Shown here in pieces: positions 12,334 through 25,496 of a stretch of 64,000 bases of DNA; position 1 is the stretch's first letter; each line of letters starts with the position of its first letter. The stretch comes from Octopus sinensis (Eukaryota): positions 195,300,001 to 195,364,000 of the forward strand of contig NC_042998.1 of NCBI RefSeq assembly GCF_006345805.1, read 5' to 3'. The position numbers were made by a program, and so were the translations under genes. The notes under the pieces are model-generated. The model was not told the origin of the DNA and did not search any database. It saw nothing but the letters and a program-made list of their open reading frames with translations.

Positions 12334-14563
12334 CTGAAAAAAAAAATTCAGCTTGCTAAACTACACAGCATTTTGTAAGAGAAGGGAGAACATGGTTGTT
12401 GTAATAGGCCAAGATGACCATATTAAATTCATTTGTTCATTTTACTTCCGTTTTTCCATGCTATCATGGGTTGGAGAGGTATTTGAGACAGGATTTTATG
12501 GCAGGATGTTCTTCCTGTCACCAACTCTCACCTAAGCAAATTCTTATTATACAGATCTTCAAAAGTGCAAAGCGACCAATCATAATGTCAACATATCACT
12601 GCCTTGCTCAGGCAAGTTTCCATCTTCTAAATTCACTTACAAGGCATTGGTTAGCCTTGGGCTATATTAGAAAACAATTGCCATGATTGTGCTGATTTCC
12701 CGCGTCGCCTTACTAGCACTTGTGCTGGTGGCACAGGAAACATTCGAGCGAAGACGTCGCCACCTGGCTCCTGCGCAGGTGGCACGTAAAAAGCACCATT
12801 TGGATGTGGCCATTGCCAGTACCACCAAACTGGCCCTCATGCCGGTGGCAAGTAAAAGCACCCACTACACTCTCGGAGTGGTTGGCGTTAGGAAGGGCAT
12901 CCAGCTGTAGAAACTCTGCCAGACCAGATTGGAGTCTGGTTTGCCAGACCTCAGTCAAATCGTCCAACCCATGCTAGCGTGGAAAGTGGACGTTAAATGA
13001 TGATGATGATGATTATCCAGAATTACAAAACAGGTCATATAGTTCACATCAATCAAAAGTAATCATTTGTTTTATGAAGTTCACAAGACTTTTAACTGAC
13101 TGGAATGAAACATGGAGGTAAATAAAAAGGAGTAACAGCAATCACTTGGTAGATATTACTCAGTTTTTCTGCAGACATCAATCTACAGGTGTTTAAAATA
13201 AACATCATTTGCATCAGTCTCACCAATTTCATTAATACCTTTTATCTCTTCCTTTTTTAAGTCATTTGACTGCGGCCATGCTGGGGTACCACCTTGAAAG
13301 GTTTTAGTGGAACAAATCGACCTCCAATGGTTCTCTTTTGCTAAACTGCTAAGTTATGGGGACATAAACACACCAACACTGGTTGCCAAGCAGTGATGGG
13401 GGACAAACACAAATGCACACACATACAGATCCTACATAGTATATTATATATTTAACTAGAATGATAAGATCTAACTAGCTATGATTATAAGTTCTCTCTC
13501 TGATGGTACTATTTAATACTTATTGATTTAAATTATTTGATTTATTTCTATTGGACCATATTATTAATAAATTAAATTTTGCTCTATTTTTATCTCCATT
13601 TCTTAGTCTATTTTTTAACCCATATATAAATATTAGTTAGTTAAATCTCTTAATTCTTTTACACTAAAAATTAATTCTGCTAATCCCAGACCTATCGTAG
13701 TGTATTGTGATGTGATATAATATAATATAAAATAATATGATAAAATATAGTGTAGTGTATTATAGTATAGAATAATAATATATTGTTTGATTTCATTTAA
13801 AAACAACCCCATTTTTCTTTCCTTTCTAATGACCTCTCTTTGTAACCTGACAATCTATTAATAGTAACATTTATAAATAAAGAAATAAATTGTTGACCTC
13901 AGTTCGAATTTTGCACTAAACAAGCTTAGATTTTCTGTTAGTATCAACTTGTGCCCATCCCCTTAGCTTCCCCTTTCCTTTCTCTTTGATAGCTTAAATA
14001 GCAGTAACTGATTAAATTTCTACTTCCTTCCTCCTCTTTCTGTGATTCTTGTAAAATTCATTAACAACCTGAACCGCTACAATATAAGACTGTCATTTTG
14101 CTTCTCATTCGGATTCCCTGATATTTTTCGCATGATTGTACCCTAAATCTCTTCACAAAACTGGATTATGAACTATAAGACATGCACATATTCTGTAAGT
14201 TCAAGACTTTTCATCGGATCTCCAAGAATTGAACTTATCTGCGATTCTTGTAAATTTCAATAACAATCTGTTCCTCTACACGATATGACAGTCACTTTGC
14301 TTTTACTCAGACTTTCCTCTACATGATATGGCAGTCACTTTGCCTCTTACTCGGATTTTCAGAAATTTTGCATGACTGTATCCGAAAATTTCTTCACACA
14401 ACTTGATTAAAAATTCAATATGAGCTATATGTAGACATGCACAAATTCTGTAAGTTTAAAACCTTTCATCGGATCTCCATGAATCGAACTTTCTTCAATG
14501 CAGTTAATCTTACAACCTCTTTTGTATCTACCCCTTTTGATGTTTGGGAATTCTCTGATGTTT

Positions 14564-14651
14564 TTTCGGCTGACGAGTACGAGCCATCTGTATTCACTGT
14601 ATTTTTTGTAGCTTATTAAAGATGTCCTCGTACGAAACGATCGTACCGAGA
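14564..14651 (+). ncRNA. Type I hammerhead ribozyme motif (Penelope-like, palindromic stem III)
   Basis: Stem I TTTCGG/CCGAGA; core CTGACGA 14570-14576; stem II GTACGAG/CTCGTAC; GAAA 14634-14637; C-GATC-G; GTA cleavage triplet, cut predicted after 14645. Confidence 0.85.
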
Positions 14652-14678
14652 TTTTAATCCATTCTTGTTGCTTTTTTC

Positions 14679-14719
<41 letters not shown>

Positions 14720-15842
14720 CTAGTGGGGGCGCTAAGAGCACCATTCGAGCATGATCATTGTCAGAGCAGCTAGCTGGCTGCTGTGCCAGTAGCATGTAAA
14801 AGGAACCATTCAAGCGTGATCATTACCAGTGTTGCCTTACTGGTACTTGTGCCTGTGGCATGTGAAAAGACATTCGAGTGAGGTCGTTGCCAGTACCATC
14901 TGACTGGCTCCCATGTCAGTGGCATGTAAAAGCACCCACTACACTCTCGAGTGGTTGGCGTTAGGAAGGGCATCCATCTGGTTTGCCAGTCCTCAGTCAA
15001 ATCGTCCAACCCATGCTAGAATAGAAAGTGGACGTTAAACGATGATGATGATATATATATATATTATATATATATCATCATCATCATCATTTAACGTCCA
15101 TTTTCCATGCTAGCATGAGTTGGACGGTTCGATTGGGGTGTGGGAAGCCAGGAGGCTGCACCAGGCTCCAGTCTGATCTGGCTGTGTTTCTACAGCTGGA
15201 TGCCCTTCCTAACGCCAACCACTCCAAGAGTGTAGTGAGTGCTTTTTACGTGCCAGGCCAGGCTGGCAACAGCCACGATTGGTTGGTTCTTTTTACGTGC
15301 CACCAGCATGGAGGCCAGTCGAGGCAGCGCTGGCAACGGCCACGTTCGGATACCGGCACTGGTATCACAACTACAATTTCCATTGATTTTTGATTGATTT
15401 CGATTGCCTCAACAGGTCTCTGCAAGCAGAGTTTTGTGTCCCAAGGAGGAAAGGTATGCATAAGTGGACTGGATACACACACACATACACACAACAGGTG
15501 TCTTTCAGCTTGTTTACTGAATCCAATCACAAGGTTTTGCTTGTCCTGGGCCTATAGTAGAAGACACTTGCCCAAGGTGCCACATGGTGGGACTGAACCT
15601 GGAACCACGTGGTTGGAAGCAAGCTTCTTATCTCACAGCCACACCTAAATTTCATCAGTCTAGAAGGCTTTGGAAATATCACAGGTACTATACATTTTTC
15701 TGTGACCAACATAAAAAAAGAATCTTCCCTTGTTGTCAGGACAGTAGGACCAAATGCAGTACTTTATCAACAAATTATTTTTGACAGAATGATGAATATC
15801 TAGATAAAAGGTGGAGAGGAGTCTCCATGAACAAACATTTAC

Positions 15843-15961
15843 CACTTAGTTTGATAACATCACGGGCCAAACAGTTTGTTATTTTCATTAGAACACTGGA
15901 ACCTGCTGCCTTTGGCTGGATTGCAGTGATATCTCCTGATCGACCAATTCCATGACCCAAT
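15843..15961 (-). CDS. SEPSECS: SEPSECS coding exon 3 (119 nt)
   Basis: TTTTTAAG acceptor, GTAAAT donor; encodes [22 protein letters not shown]. Confidence 0.96.
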
Positions 15962-16972
15962 CTTAAAAAGAAGACAGAAAAATTTTAAACTGTAAAACAT
16001 GAAATAATAAAATACATAAATATCCTAAAGACTTTCAAATTTTTGCAAAGTAAATATGAAGAATGGAATAATGGTGAGTTTCAATGCTGTGTTGGACTCA
16101 GCACCGTCAACTTCAGTATTAGGTTGGTACTTTATTTTACCAACCCCAGGAGACTGGAAACTGACCTTGGAAAGAATTGAACTCAAGATGTAAAGAAGAG
16201 GAACAAATATCACTAAATATCTAAAACTTATTTAAAACATCATTGTATTGTTGTTTAATTCCAAGTCAGACCTGACTGAGTATAACTGCAATAAAGCTAT
16301 CATCATTTCTGTGTTATTTTCAGGTGTAATGTATCTAGGAATGTCATCCAACACCTTAGTCATTGTGCTGTGAGTGAAAAGAGACAAATATCTTTATTTA
16401 ACTCAGTTTACTTGACTGACAAATAACTTCTACAAATGAGTTGTTAGTAAAAGATAGTTCAATAATATATGCATATAATTGCTCTGGCAATGTGCAAGTA
16501 AATGTTTGACCCTACAATCATCTTCACTTATGTTATTTAGGCAAAAATTAGTATATACTTCATACAGAATGCTAGTAATGTGGTTAAGAAGTTAGCCATG
16601 TGATATACATAATTCCAAGTAGAGCAATATTTATGAGTAGAGCAGTGAAAAAGAGGTTTTAGATGTGTGCTAGGTTGGAAAACAAGGCTGCTTATCTGAA
16701 CATCTGGTTTCTACTCTGTGTGGCGAGGTATTAAAATATGACGTAGGGGATCTGAATGAGTGAGTTTATATAGGGTGGGGTGGGTGTTGGGAGAAGCAAG
16801 TGGTTAATGAAGCTAAGAGAGAGGAAGAGAAAGAGACCAAACGATGATGATGATGATGAAACTGAGTAGAAGCCCATGTGCATGGGTGTGCATATATATA
16901 TTGGTTCACCAGCCCTCAGTCAAAATCGTCCAACCCATGCTAGCATGGAAAGCGGACGTTAAACGATGATGA

Positions 16973-17014
<42 letters not shown>

Positions 17015-17029
17015 TTATATTTATATATA

Positions 17030-17072
<43 letters not shown>

Positions 17073-17074
<2 letters not shown>

Positions 17075-17482
17075 CGCAGGAGTGGCTGTGTGGTAAGTAG
17101 CTTGCTAAACAACCACATGGTTCCGGGTTCAGTCCCACTGCGTGGCATCTTGGGCAAGTGTCTTCTGATATAGCCCCGGGCCGACCAATGCCTTGTGAGT
17201 GGATTTGGTAGACGGAAACTGAAAAGAAGCCCGTCGTATATATGTATATATATATATATATGTATGTGTGTGTTTGTGTGTCTGTGTTTGTCCCCCTAGC
17301 ATTGCTTGACAACCGATGCTGGTGTGTTTACATCCCCGTCACTTAGCGGTTCGGCAAAAGAGACCGATAGAATAAGTACTGGGCTTACAAAGAATAAGTC
17401 CCGGGGTCGATTTGCTCGACTAAAAGGTGGTGCTCCAGCATGGCCGCAGTCAAATGACTGAAACAAGTAAAAGAGTAAGAGT
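17073..17482 (+). mobile_element. tRNA-derived SINE (same family), following (TA)n
   Basis: GGCGCAGGAGTGGCTGTGTGG head, conserved tail. Confidence 0.85.
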
Positions 17483-17499
17483 ATATATATATATATATA

Positions 17500-19020
17500 T
17501 ACACAATACACACTGGTATTGGCCACAACTACAATTTCCATTTTGATTTCCATTTGATTGAGATTGTGATTTTGATTTTACTTGACTCAATAGGTCTCCT
17601 CAAGCATGGCAAGTCGCCCAATGATTCAAAGGTACTTTTTAAATGGGCTGGTTATGTGCCACTTGTATAGGCTATGGCTGTGACAGCGTATCTCCAGAGG
17701 ACTCAGTCTCTTGTCATTGCCTCTGTGAGGCCCAATGTTCGAAGGTTGTGCTTCACCACCTCATCCCATGTCTTCCTGGGTCCCCCTCTTTCACAGGTTC
17801 CTTCCACTGTTTCGAAGTAACACTTCTTCACATAGCTCTCCTCATCCATACACAGCACATGACCATACCATTGCAGTCATCTCTCTTGCACACCTCATCT
17901 GATACTTTTATGTCCAACATTTCTCTCAGGGTGCTTACACTCTGTCACGCGTGCACACTGACATTACACATACTGCAGATCATACTAGCTTCATTTCTTT
18001 CAAGCCTATGTATGTCCTTAATAATCATAGCCCATGTTTCACTGCTGTGAAGCATGGCAGTTAACATACTTGCATCAGACAGTCTACCTTTCACTCTGAG
18101 TGAGGCTTTTTGTCACCAGCAGAGGTAGGAGCTTTCTGAACTTTGCCCAGGCTATTCTTATTCTAGTGGAAATGCTTTCAGGGCATCCACCCCCACTACA
18201 GACTTGGTCACCGAAGTAGTGGAAGCTATCAACTACTTCTAGCTTCTTCCCCTGGCATGTGATGGAATCTGTTGTTTGAACATCTTCGGTGTCTATTTCT
18301 CCTGTGCATCTGTTGTACAAAAAACTATCATCCGGGTTAACCCTCCTTTGATGTTGCTGCACCACTTATGCATCCATAGCTTACACTGGGTACATGTTAT
18401 GGAGTTTCTACTTACACCTTTTCTACAGATTGAGCAGGGCCATCTACCTGAAGGGGTGTGTGATATGTTCGCCTTCCTACTTACTAGGACTTTGGCAACA
18501 TTGACTCTAAGGCTCTTTGATTCTAAACCTTGCTTCCACACCTGAAATTTCTTCTCTAGTTCTGGTAATCATTCAGTTATGAGATCAAGGTCATCAGCAT
18601 AGAGGAGCTCCCAGGGGTAGCTTGTCTTGAATTCCTCTGTTATTGCTTGGAGGACTATGATGAGTAAGAGGGGGCTGAGGATTGGTGAACCCCCACTTCT
18701 ACCAGGAATTCTTCAGAATACTCATTGCCAACCCTTTCCTTACTGACAGCATCCCTGTACAGCTCTTACTAAACACTTGTCTAGCCCTAGTTTCCACATC
18801 GCCCACCAAAGAAGGGACCGGGGGACGCTGTCAAAGGCTTTCTCCAAGTCAACAAAAACCAAGTATAGGGGTTTATCTTTGGCTAGGTATTTCTCCTGCA
18901 GTTGCCTTACCAGAAATATAACATCAGTGGAGCTTCTACCTGGCACAAAACCGAACTGCATCTAGGCTGACTCTCTCCCTAATTAGTTGGGCTATGACCC
19001 TCTCCATGACTTTCATCTCT
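17500..19020 (-). mobile_element. Decayed RTE-clade LINE fragment (RT to start of 3' UTR)
   Basis: QFGFVPGRSSTDVIF, VDLEKAFDSVPR, GSVLSPLL, LLYADDL, a Cys/His cluster and RIRIAWAKF motifs in broken frames. Confidence 0.85.
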
Positions 19021-19603
19021 CTCTATATATATATTTCTACACAAACATAGGCTTCTACAAAGTATGTTAGCTACATGATGTGGCCCAGCTGGAATTATAT
19101 GGGCAGTTGGTAAACCCAGTAGGCCTACAAAGTCTATTGGGCTAAACATCTAAAAGGATGTTTAACATTAAAGAGGTGTTAAAGTCACTGCACTAACCTC
19201 ACTAGTAAGGGTCAAGGGTACACTATAGACAACAATAAGGGACAAAGCTGTATTTAACACCAGTGCCGCCTTGACTGGCTTCTGTTCCGGTGGCACATAA
19301 AATGCACCAATCCGATCGTGGCCATTGCCAGCCTCGCCTGGCACCTGTACAGGTGGCACGTAAAAAGCACCCACTACACTCACGGAGTGGTTGGCGTTAG
19401 GAAGGGCATCCAGTTGTAGAAACACTGCCAGATCAGACTGGAACCTGGTGCAGCTGGCTTCCCAGACCCCGGTCGAACCGTCCAACCCATGCTAGCATGG
19501 AAAACGGACGTTAAACGATGATGATGATGAAAAGTCATAGGTACAACATACATAACAAGAATAATAAAAAAATCCCCTGAAATAAAAAAAAAATATGTAT
19601 TAC

Positions 19604-19758
19604 CTATAGTGTCGCTTAGCAACCAGTTGTGATGCTAACCTGGCTTCACGCTCTCCAACACCACAGTTGCCCAAGAAGTTGTTGCTGTCCATCACAGCCA
19701 GTTCATGTAACACAAGTTCTATGGTGAGATCATCCCAGCCTTCTTGGGGAAGTTTCCG
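19604..19758 (-). CDS. SEPSECS: SEPSECS coding exon 2 (155 nt)
   Basis: TTTCAG acceptor, GTAATA donor; encodes [51 protein letters not shown](R), a hallmark SepSecS motif. Confidence 0.96.
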
Positions 19759-20606
19759 CTGAAAGCATAGATTGATAGAGATAATGTGTATCAAGTGACT
19801 ATCAATATATATTGTTGGTTCTTGGGTATCTTTAGCAAGATTCATTCTATTGCAAGATTTTGTTTGTTCCTTCTCGAGCCATGCCTGGCCCATAAGGGCC
19901 GGTTTCCCGGTTTCTTTGGCGTATAAGTTCTCCACCTGGACGGGACGCCGGTCCATCACAGGTGAGCTGCAAGATGCTGGAGGAAAGAGTGAGAGAAAGT
20001 TGTGGCAAAAGAGTCAGCAGAAGTTTCGCCATTACCTTCTGCCGGAGCCGTGTGGAGCTTAGGTGTTTTGCTCATAAACACACACATCGCCTGGTCTGAG
20101 ATTTGAACATGCGATCCCTTGACCGCTACTGTAACCACTAGGCCATGTGCCTCCACACATTGTATTGCAAGCATTTAAATCATATACAGCTCCCCTATCG
20201 CAGTCCTTTCTCACTCACAATTAACCTGCAGAAGATTAATCATGAAATGAATTAATCTTATCAGTCATGGTAGATAGTGATTTGTTTTCTATAGTAACAA
20301 GTCGTGTTCAGAAAAACGGTGATTTAAGGAGTGTTTAACCATAACAACAGTTATGTCCCTTAGATCTTTTTTTCCGTCACCACATCAACTTTGCCGACGA
20401 TGAAATTCTTTTTTAAAATGATTTAAAGGTTAACTGGAACTTTCTTTATCATACCAGGACATAGTAATATAAATTTCGGATACATACTACTTTTCACACC
20501 CTGTTCAAATGATGCTAAAATAATCACGGTCTGTAACAAAGGCCTACAACTTCTTGTGGTTTTTAGACGAAAGTAAAACAAGAGTCACAACAGGAATATC
20601 AATAAA

Positions 20607-20999
20607 TCTCTCTCTCTATAAAGCTGAAGTTGTCTGTGTATGGCAGGTTTGGTAGCCTTCAACTAACTTTATCTCCTCCGAGACCCTGCGGCACAAGTTG
20701 ACCAAAGTTGAGAGTATGATAGAAGAAGGCTTGCTCTTCCTTCCATAGAAGATAAAATTCAAATCGGACCATGTTAACACCAAAAATTATTTACATCAAA
20801 AAGGTGCTTTTTTTCTAAAGAAATCCCTATTTTTCACGATTATTTGACTGCTGTGCAGCCATTTTTCGGTGTATTTGAACCAGAAAAATGTTCACTTAAA
20901 GAGAATAACAAGCTACAAAATGCAAAACTTTTACTTTTCAAAAATTCCAATTCTAAAGGGTTGAAACAAATCCGAGCAACACCGGGTGATACTGCTTGT
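20607..20999 (+). mobile_element. Possible non-autonomous Helitron/Helentron-associated (HINE-like) element
   Basis: Starts TCTCTATAAAGCTGAAGTTGTCTGTG and ends CCGAGCAACACCGGGTGATACTGCTTGT, resembling the hairpin plus CTAGT-type 3' end; recognised by pattern only. Confidence 0.5.
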
Positions 21000-21171
21000 A
21001 TATAATAAATTTAAAATCAGTTCAGGAAAACGGTGATCTACAAATACAGTATAACTGATCAACGAGTGGAGAGATAAGAGGCATTATGCTATTTAATGGA
21101 CAAAGAAGACAGTTTCTGTTTTGAAGTGAAATGCTGTGACTAAAAAAGCAGATAGTAATTATAACACTTAC

Positions 21172-21285
21172 ATGCTGCAAGAGTTCCTTCAGTTTTGCTT
21201 CATGACCCTGCCGAGCCTGGTTCCCTTGCTGGATGTAGCCCACAGATACAAGCTGCTCACACAGAGCCGACACACTGGAATTCAT
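21172..21285 (-). CDS. SEPSECS: O-phosphoseryl-tRNA(Sec) selenium transferase, coding exon 1 (114 nt, MNSSVSALCEQ...KELLQH)
   Basis: ATG at 21285; GTAAGT donor right after 21172; peptide resembles the SepSecS N-terminus (Y..QG..AR..HE); in frame with the next exon. Confidence 0.9.
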
Positions 21286-21544
21286 TTCTGCTCACAACTA
21301 AAAACAAGTAATTAAAAAGCAATGAAAGCCAAGACTAGAGTGGTGAAGTAAAACAAATCTTAAAATATTCATTTAACACGAGAAAGAGGAAAATTTAACC
21401 TATTTCCTGTGACAAAGTATACTGCTCAAAATGTCAGAATTTACCTCTTCCACACAATAAACCAATACGTTCTACATTTGAACTATTTGTGTTCACTAAC
21501 AGCTGAGATAGAACATTACTAGTTTCCAATGATCTCATTAAAAA

Positions 21545-21915
21545 AATAAAATAATAATGAAATTGTTGTATACAGTGCTCAGGTGCACCACAACTTGTCA
21601 AAAGTGCATATAAAGCATAGGCAGTAATGTACAAATGTCTGGAAAGTGAACAGTGTATGAGTCAGATACATGCTTGCGTGTGTACGGAGGGGAGAAAATC
21701 AGGTGTAGTGTTGGCGAATCTCAGGAAGCATGGAAGTTTTGAAGGATGCAGTGCTCTGACAACTATCAACTGATGTCGGCAGTTTGTTCCATGCTTCAGC
21801 AACTCTTAGCGTGAAAAAATGTTTCCAAAAGTTATGGGAGCTGTGCTGTTTTCTGACTTTGTAAACATGTCCCTGGGTGTTACACAGGTGGAGTTTGAAA
21901 AGGTGCTCAGAGTTA
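21545..21915 (-). mobile_element. 3' end of the same CR1-type LINE
   Basis: Matches 34430-34790. Confidence 0.75.
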
Positions 21916-22216
21916 TTGTTTAAATGCTTTCCTCAATTAATAATAATGATTTCTAACATAGGCACACAACTACACATTTTTGAGTAGGGAAAATAATCTT
22001 ATATTCATCCAAGTACATAACTGGTACTTTTTAATTCCTAAGATGATAAAAGGGAGGCTGATCCTGGCAGGATTTAAACAAAGAAAACAGAATGGGAAAA
22101 TATACAAGGCTTTTCATTTGGTAATCAACCAATTGCCAACTGTGGGTACAAAACCACCTATTTTAGAGAAGGAGTAAAGTTGATCCAGTAACTCCTAGTA
22201 TATTACTGGTACTTAA

Positions 22217-22435
22217 CCCTTTCGTTACTGTATTTATTTTGAGATGCTCTGTGTTTCTTTCAATTACTTTAAATCTAACAAAGAATTTAGTAAAATAACT
22301 TAGTTAGCATTCAGCTAGTATTAGGGACATAAATTGTGACTAAGGTTTCGTGGAAGATTCTAATTCAAAACTTATGAAAACAAGACATTTGTACTCAGAG
22401 CCAGAGGCTATTTCAGCCAGGTTGGTAAAAAAGGG
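22217..22435. mobile_element. piggyBac-type MITE (219 bp)
   Basis: TTAA|CCCTTT...AAAGGG|TTAA: TTAA duplication at 22213-22216 and 22436-22439, with short imperfect TIRs. Confidence 0.7.
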
Positions 22436-24016
22436 TTAAGGTTGTGGAATGACAAAGTTTTGATGTTTGTTCTGGGTTTTCATGCTTTGAGTTCAAATCC
22501 TGCTGATGTCAACTTTACCTTTCATCTTTTTCCAGAGTCGATAAAATAAAGTTGAGATGTCAGAAGTGAGTAAGTAGGCCAGGTGTTAAGTGAGGTCAGA
22601 GAAGTTGCTTTCTTGGTGGATGGACATGTTGTAGCATGTTTCTAAACACCAGAATAGCTAACTGCAGAGAGAGAGAATGATTAGAAAGATTGGTGAACAT
22701 AGGAGCTATCTCTGGAGAACACTGTTTAAAAAGTAATTGAAGGGAACAATGCCAGGGCCATCAACCTTATCCTGACATAGTCATGATGACTAGCAGAGTC
22801 AGTCTTTGACCCTCCTCCTAATCAAAATAAAAGCACCAGTTATTTACTTATACTCACAAATCCTTGAGCACACTCAATAGATTAAATCTATTCTATTACA
22901 TTTTATAGACAAAAGGAAAAAAGGTAGTAAACATCAGAGTACAGTCAAGGTTAGTTAGGAGTGATAAGACAAAACAAAACAAATTCAATGTGGCAGGAGT
23001 GGAGGCGAACATGACTGGTGAATGCGAGTAACTATTACTGCTAGCAATATGTTTTGATAGGGTTACTTCACGATAAGCGCATCTTGTAAATTTATACTTT
23101 TTTAATAATGAAACCGTTTAGATTTTTAAATAGTGATTATGTATGCACACGTTTGGACTGAGGTCAAATTTGCGCTTGTGGTATCTGAGGACAACTTTAC
23201 GTCTGCGCTATCTGAGGTCAACTTTGCCTTTGTAGTATAAGTTCAAATCTGAATATGGCCAAATTGGGTGTAAACTTAACCAAATTTCCTGGTTTAAAAA
23301 TCACCACCTCGCCCACTGGGCATCTTTGACGGAGTCCATTCTGTGCAAGCATGCAGACCAAGTTTCTGGTTTAAGGATACTTTTCTCTCTGCGTACCTTG
23401 GAGGCTATGTACGGGCCATGGGAACTGCCCTTTTTTACCTGAGTGCATAAAGTAACGAGATTCTTTTAGACAACCTATTTATCTGTTTCTTTATTATCCA
23501 CAAGGGGCTAAACACAGAGGGGACAAACAAGGACAGACAAACGGATCAAGTCGATTACATCGACCCCAGTGCGTAACTGGTACTTAATTTATCGACCCCG
23601 AAAGGATAAAAGGCAAAGTCAACCTCGGCGGAATTTGAACTCAGAACGTAGCGACGGGCAAAAATACCCATACAGGATAGTTGCACCTCATAGCAGTAGT
23701 TATTGTTGTTTATTCGCATGTTGTTAACTGCTATTAACCTGATGTATGATCAAAGTTATGTTAGCCATCACCGTTCTGTGTGTGTCGGAATACTTTAGCC
23801 AATGCCTCTTTTCCTTTCTCGGATAGTGGATCTGAGGGAGAACTGGAAGTTATTTCTAGCATGACAAGCGACCACACCTAAGCCCCATCGTTGAATGACA
23901 ACCTAAGGTGTATATAGTTATTGAGATACCTGGCGCTGTTAATCCTCTGACGTTTTCTGAAGACTTTTTTTCTATTAGAAATGAGAAGGCAAGAATTTAG
24001 TAAAATATAGCAGACA

Positions 24017-24019
<3 letters not shown>

Positions 24020-24057
<38 letters not shown>

Positions 24058-24105
24058 CAGAGAGAGAGAGAAAGAGAGAGAGAGAGTCAGAGAGAGAGAG
24101 ACAGA
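24020..24105. repeat. (GA)n microsatellite
   Basis: Direct reading. Confidence 0.95.
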
Positions 24106-24627
24106 GTAGATGTTAAAGCACCAACGGAAAGCTATTGTAACACTAATTTATCATGCTACATACCGGTAAATGCTCATCAATACACTGCACAGTTAGTATA
24201 ATATGAAGAGTGGCAAAAATATTAAATAACCTTTAAAAAAAAGTCGCACAGCAGCAAGCAATTATCAAAATAACAATTACGCCGGTTAATTGATAAAAAC
24301 GGTGTTAGACGAAGAAAGTTCCCGGTGCTAATTTAGAATATAAATTTTGATATAACACCGGTAAAATTTATATTTTGAAACATCGTACTTTTGTGAAACA
24401 TATGTGTTGATGTGTGTCACAAATATTGAACGAAAAAATTAAATTTTATATTAGCAAATTTCCACGTGAAGTATTCTGTACCGTTTATTCCTTTCTGTAG
24501 AGCAAAAATCGGCAAACTTTTTGTGAGGTGGGCCGTATTGAAAATGATTTTATTTCTTGTAGGCTTCTCAAACTGGCCTTCAAACTGAAAAGATCCAAAA
24601 TTACTTCTACAATTTATGAAAACTTTT

Positions 24628-24966
24628 GAAAATATATATATATAATCTATATATATATATATCTATATATATATGTATATATATATATATCTATATATCT
24701 ATATATATCTATATTATATATCTATATATATCTATATCTATATATATCTATATCTATATCTATATATATCTATATCTATATCTATATATATATCTATATA
24801 TATATATCTATATATATATATATCTATATATATATATATCTATCTATCTATATATATATATATAATCTATATATATATATCTATATATATATCTATATAT
24901 CTATATATATATATTATATATATATATATATCTATATTATATATATATATATCTATATATATATAA

Positions 24967-25014
<48 letters not shown>

Positions 25015-25126
25015 CTATATATATATACATATCTATATATATTCTATATATATATATATCTATATATATATATATATATCTATATATATATCTATATATA
25101 TATATATCTATATATATATCTATATA
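24628..25126. repeat. (TA)n/(TATATC)n microsatellite
   Basis: Direct reading. Confidence 0.95.
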
Positions 25127-25496
25127 GGTTATAAAATGAGATAGGGGTTGAAAATTCAAGCCACCATGGGATAATATATATCCAATATACTGCTAGATAG
25201 GTACCCAACAAAATTAATACATAGATGTTAAAAATTGTCAAACAATCAGTTCATCTATTGCATTATATGGGTAAAGGTAATAATATTACCGTAAATTAAT
25301 ACTACAAAATTAGAGAATGGAGAAATATACTTAAATCAGTAAAACATCAACTATCCGATGAAACTCAATCCATACTTTAATACACCATTACATATTAGTA
25401 AAGGCAATACATAAAATGAAATGAGATATACAGTAATAGTAAAAAGATAAAGAGATATAAGTAAAAAATTTTCAAATATGATATGCAAATAGATCA

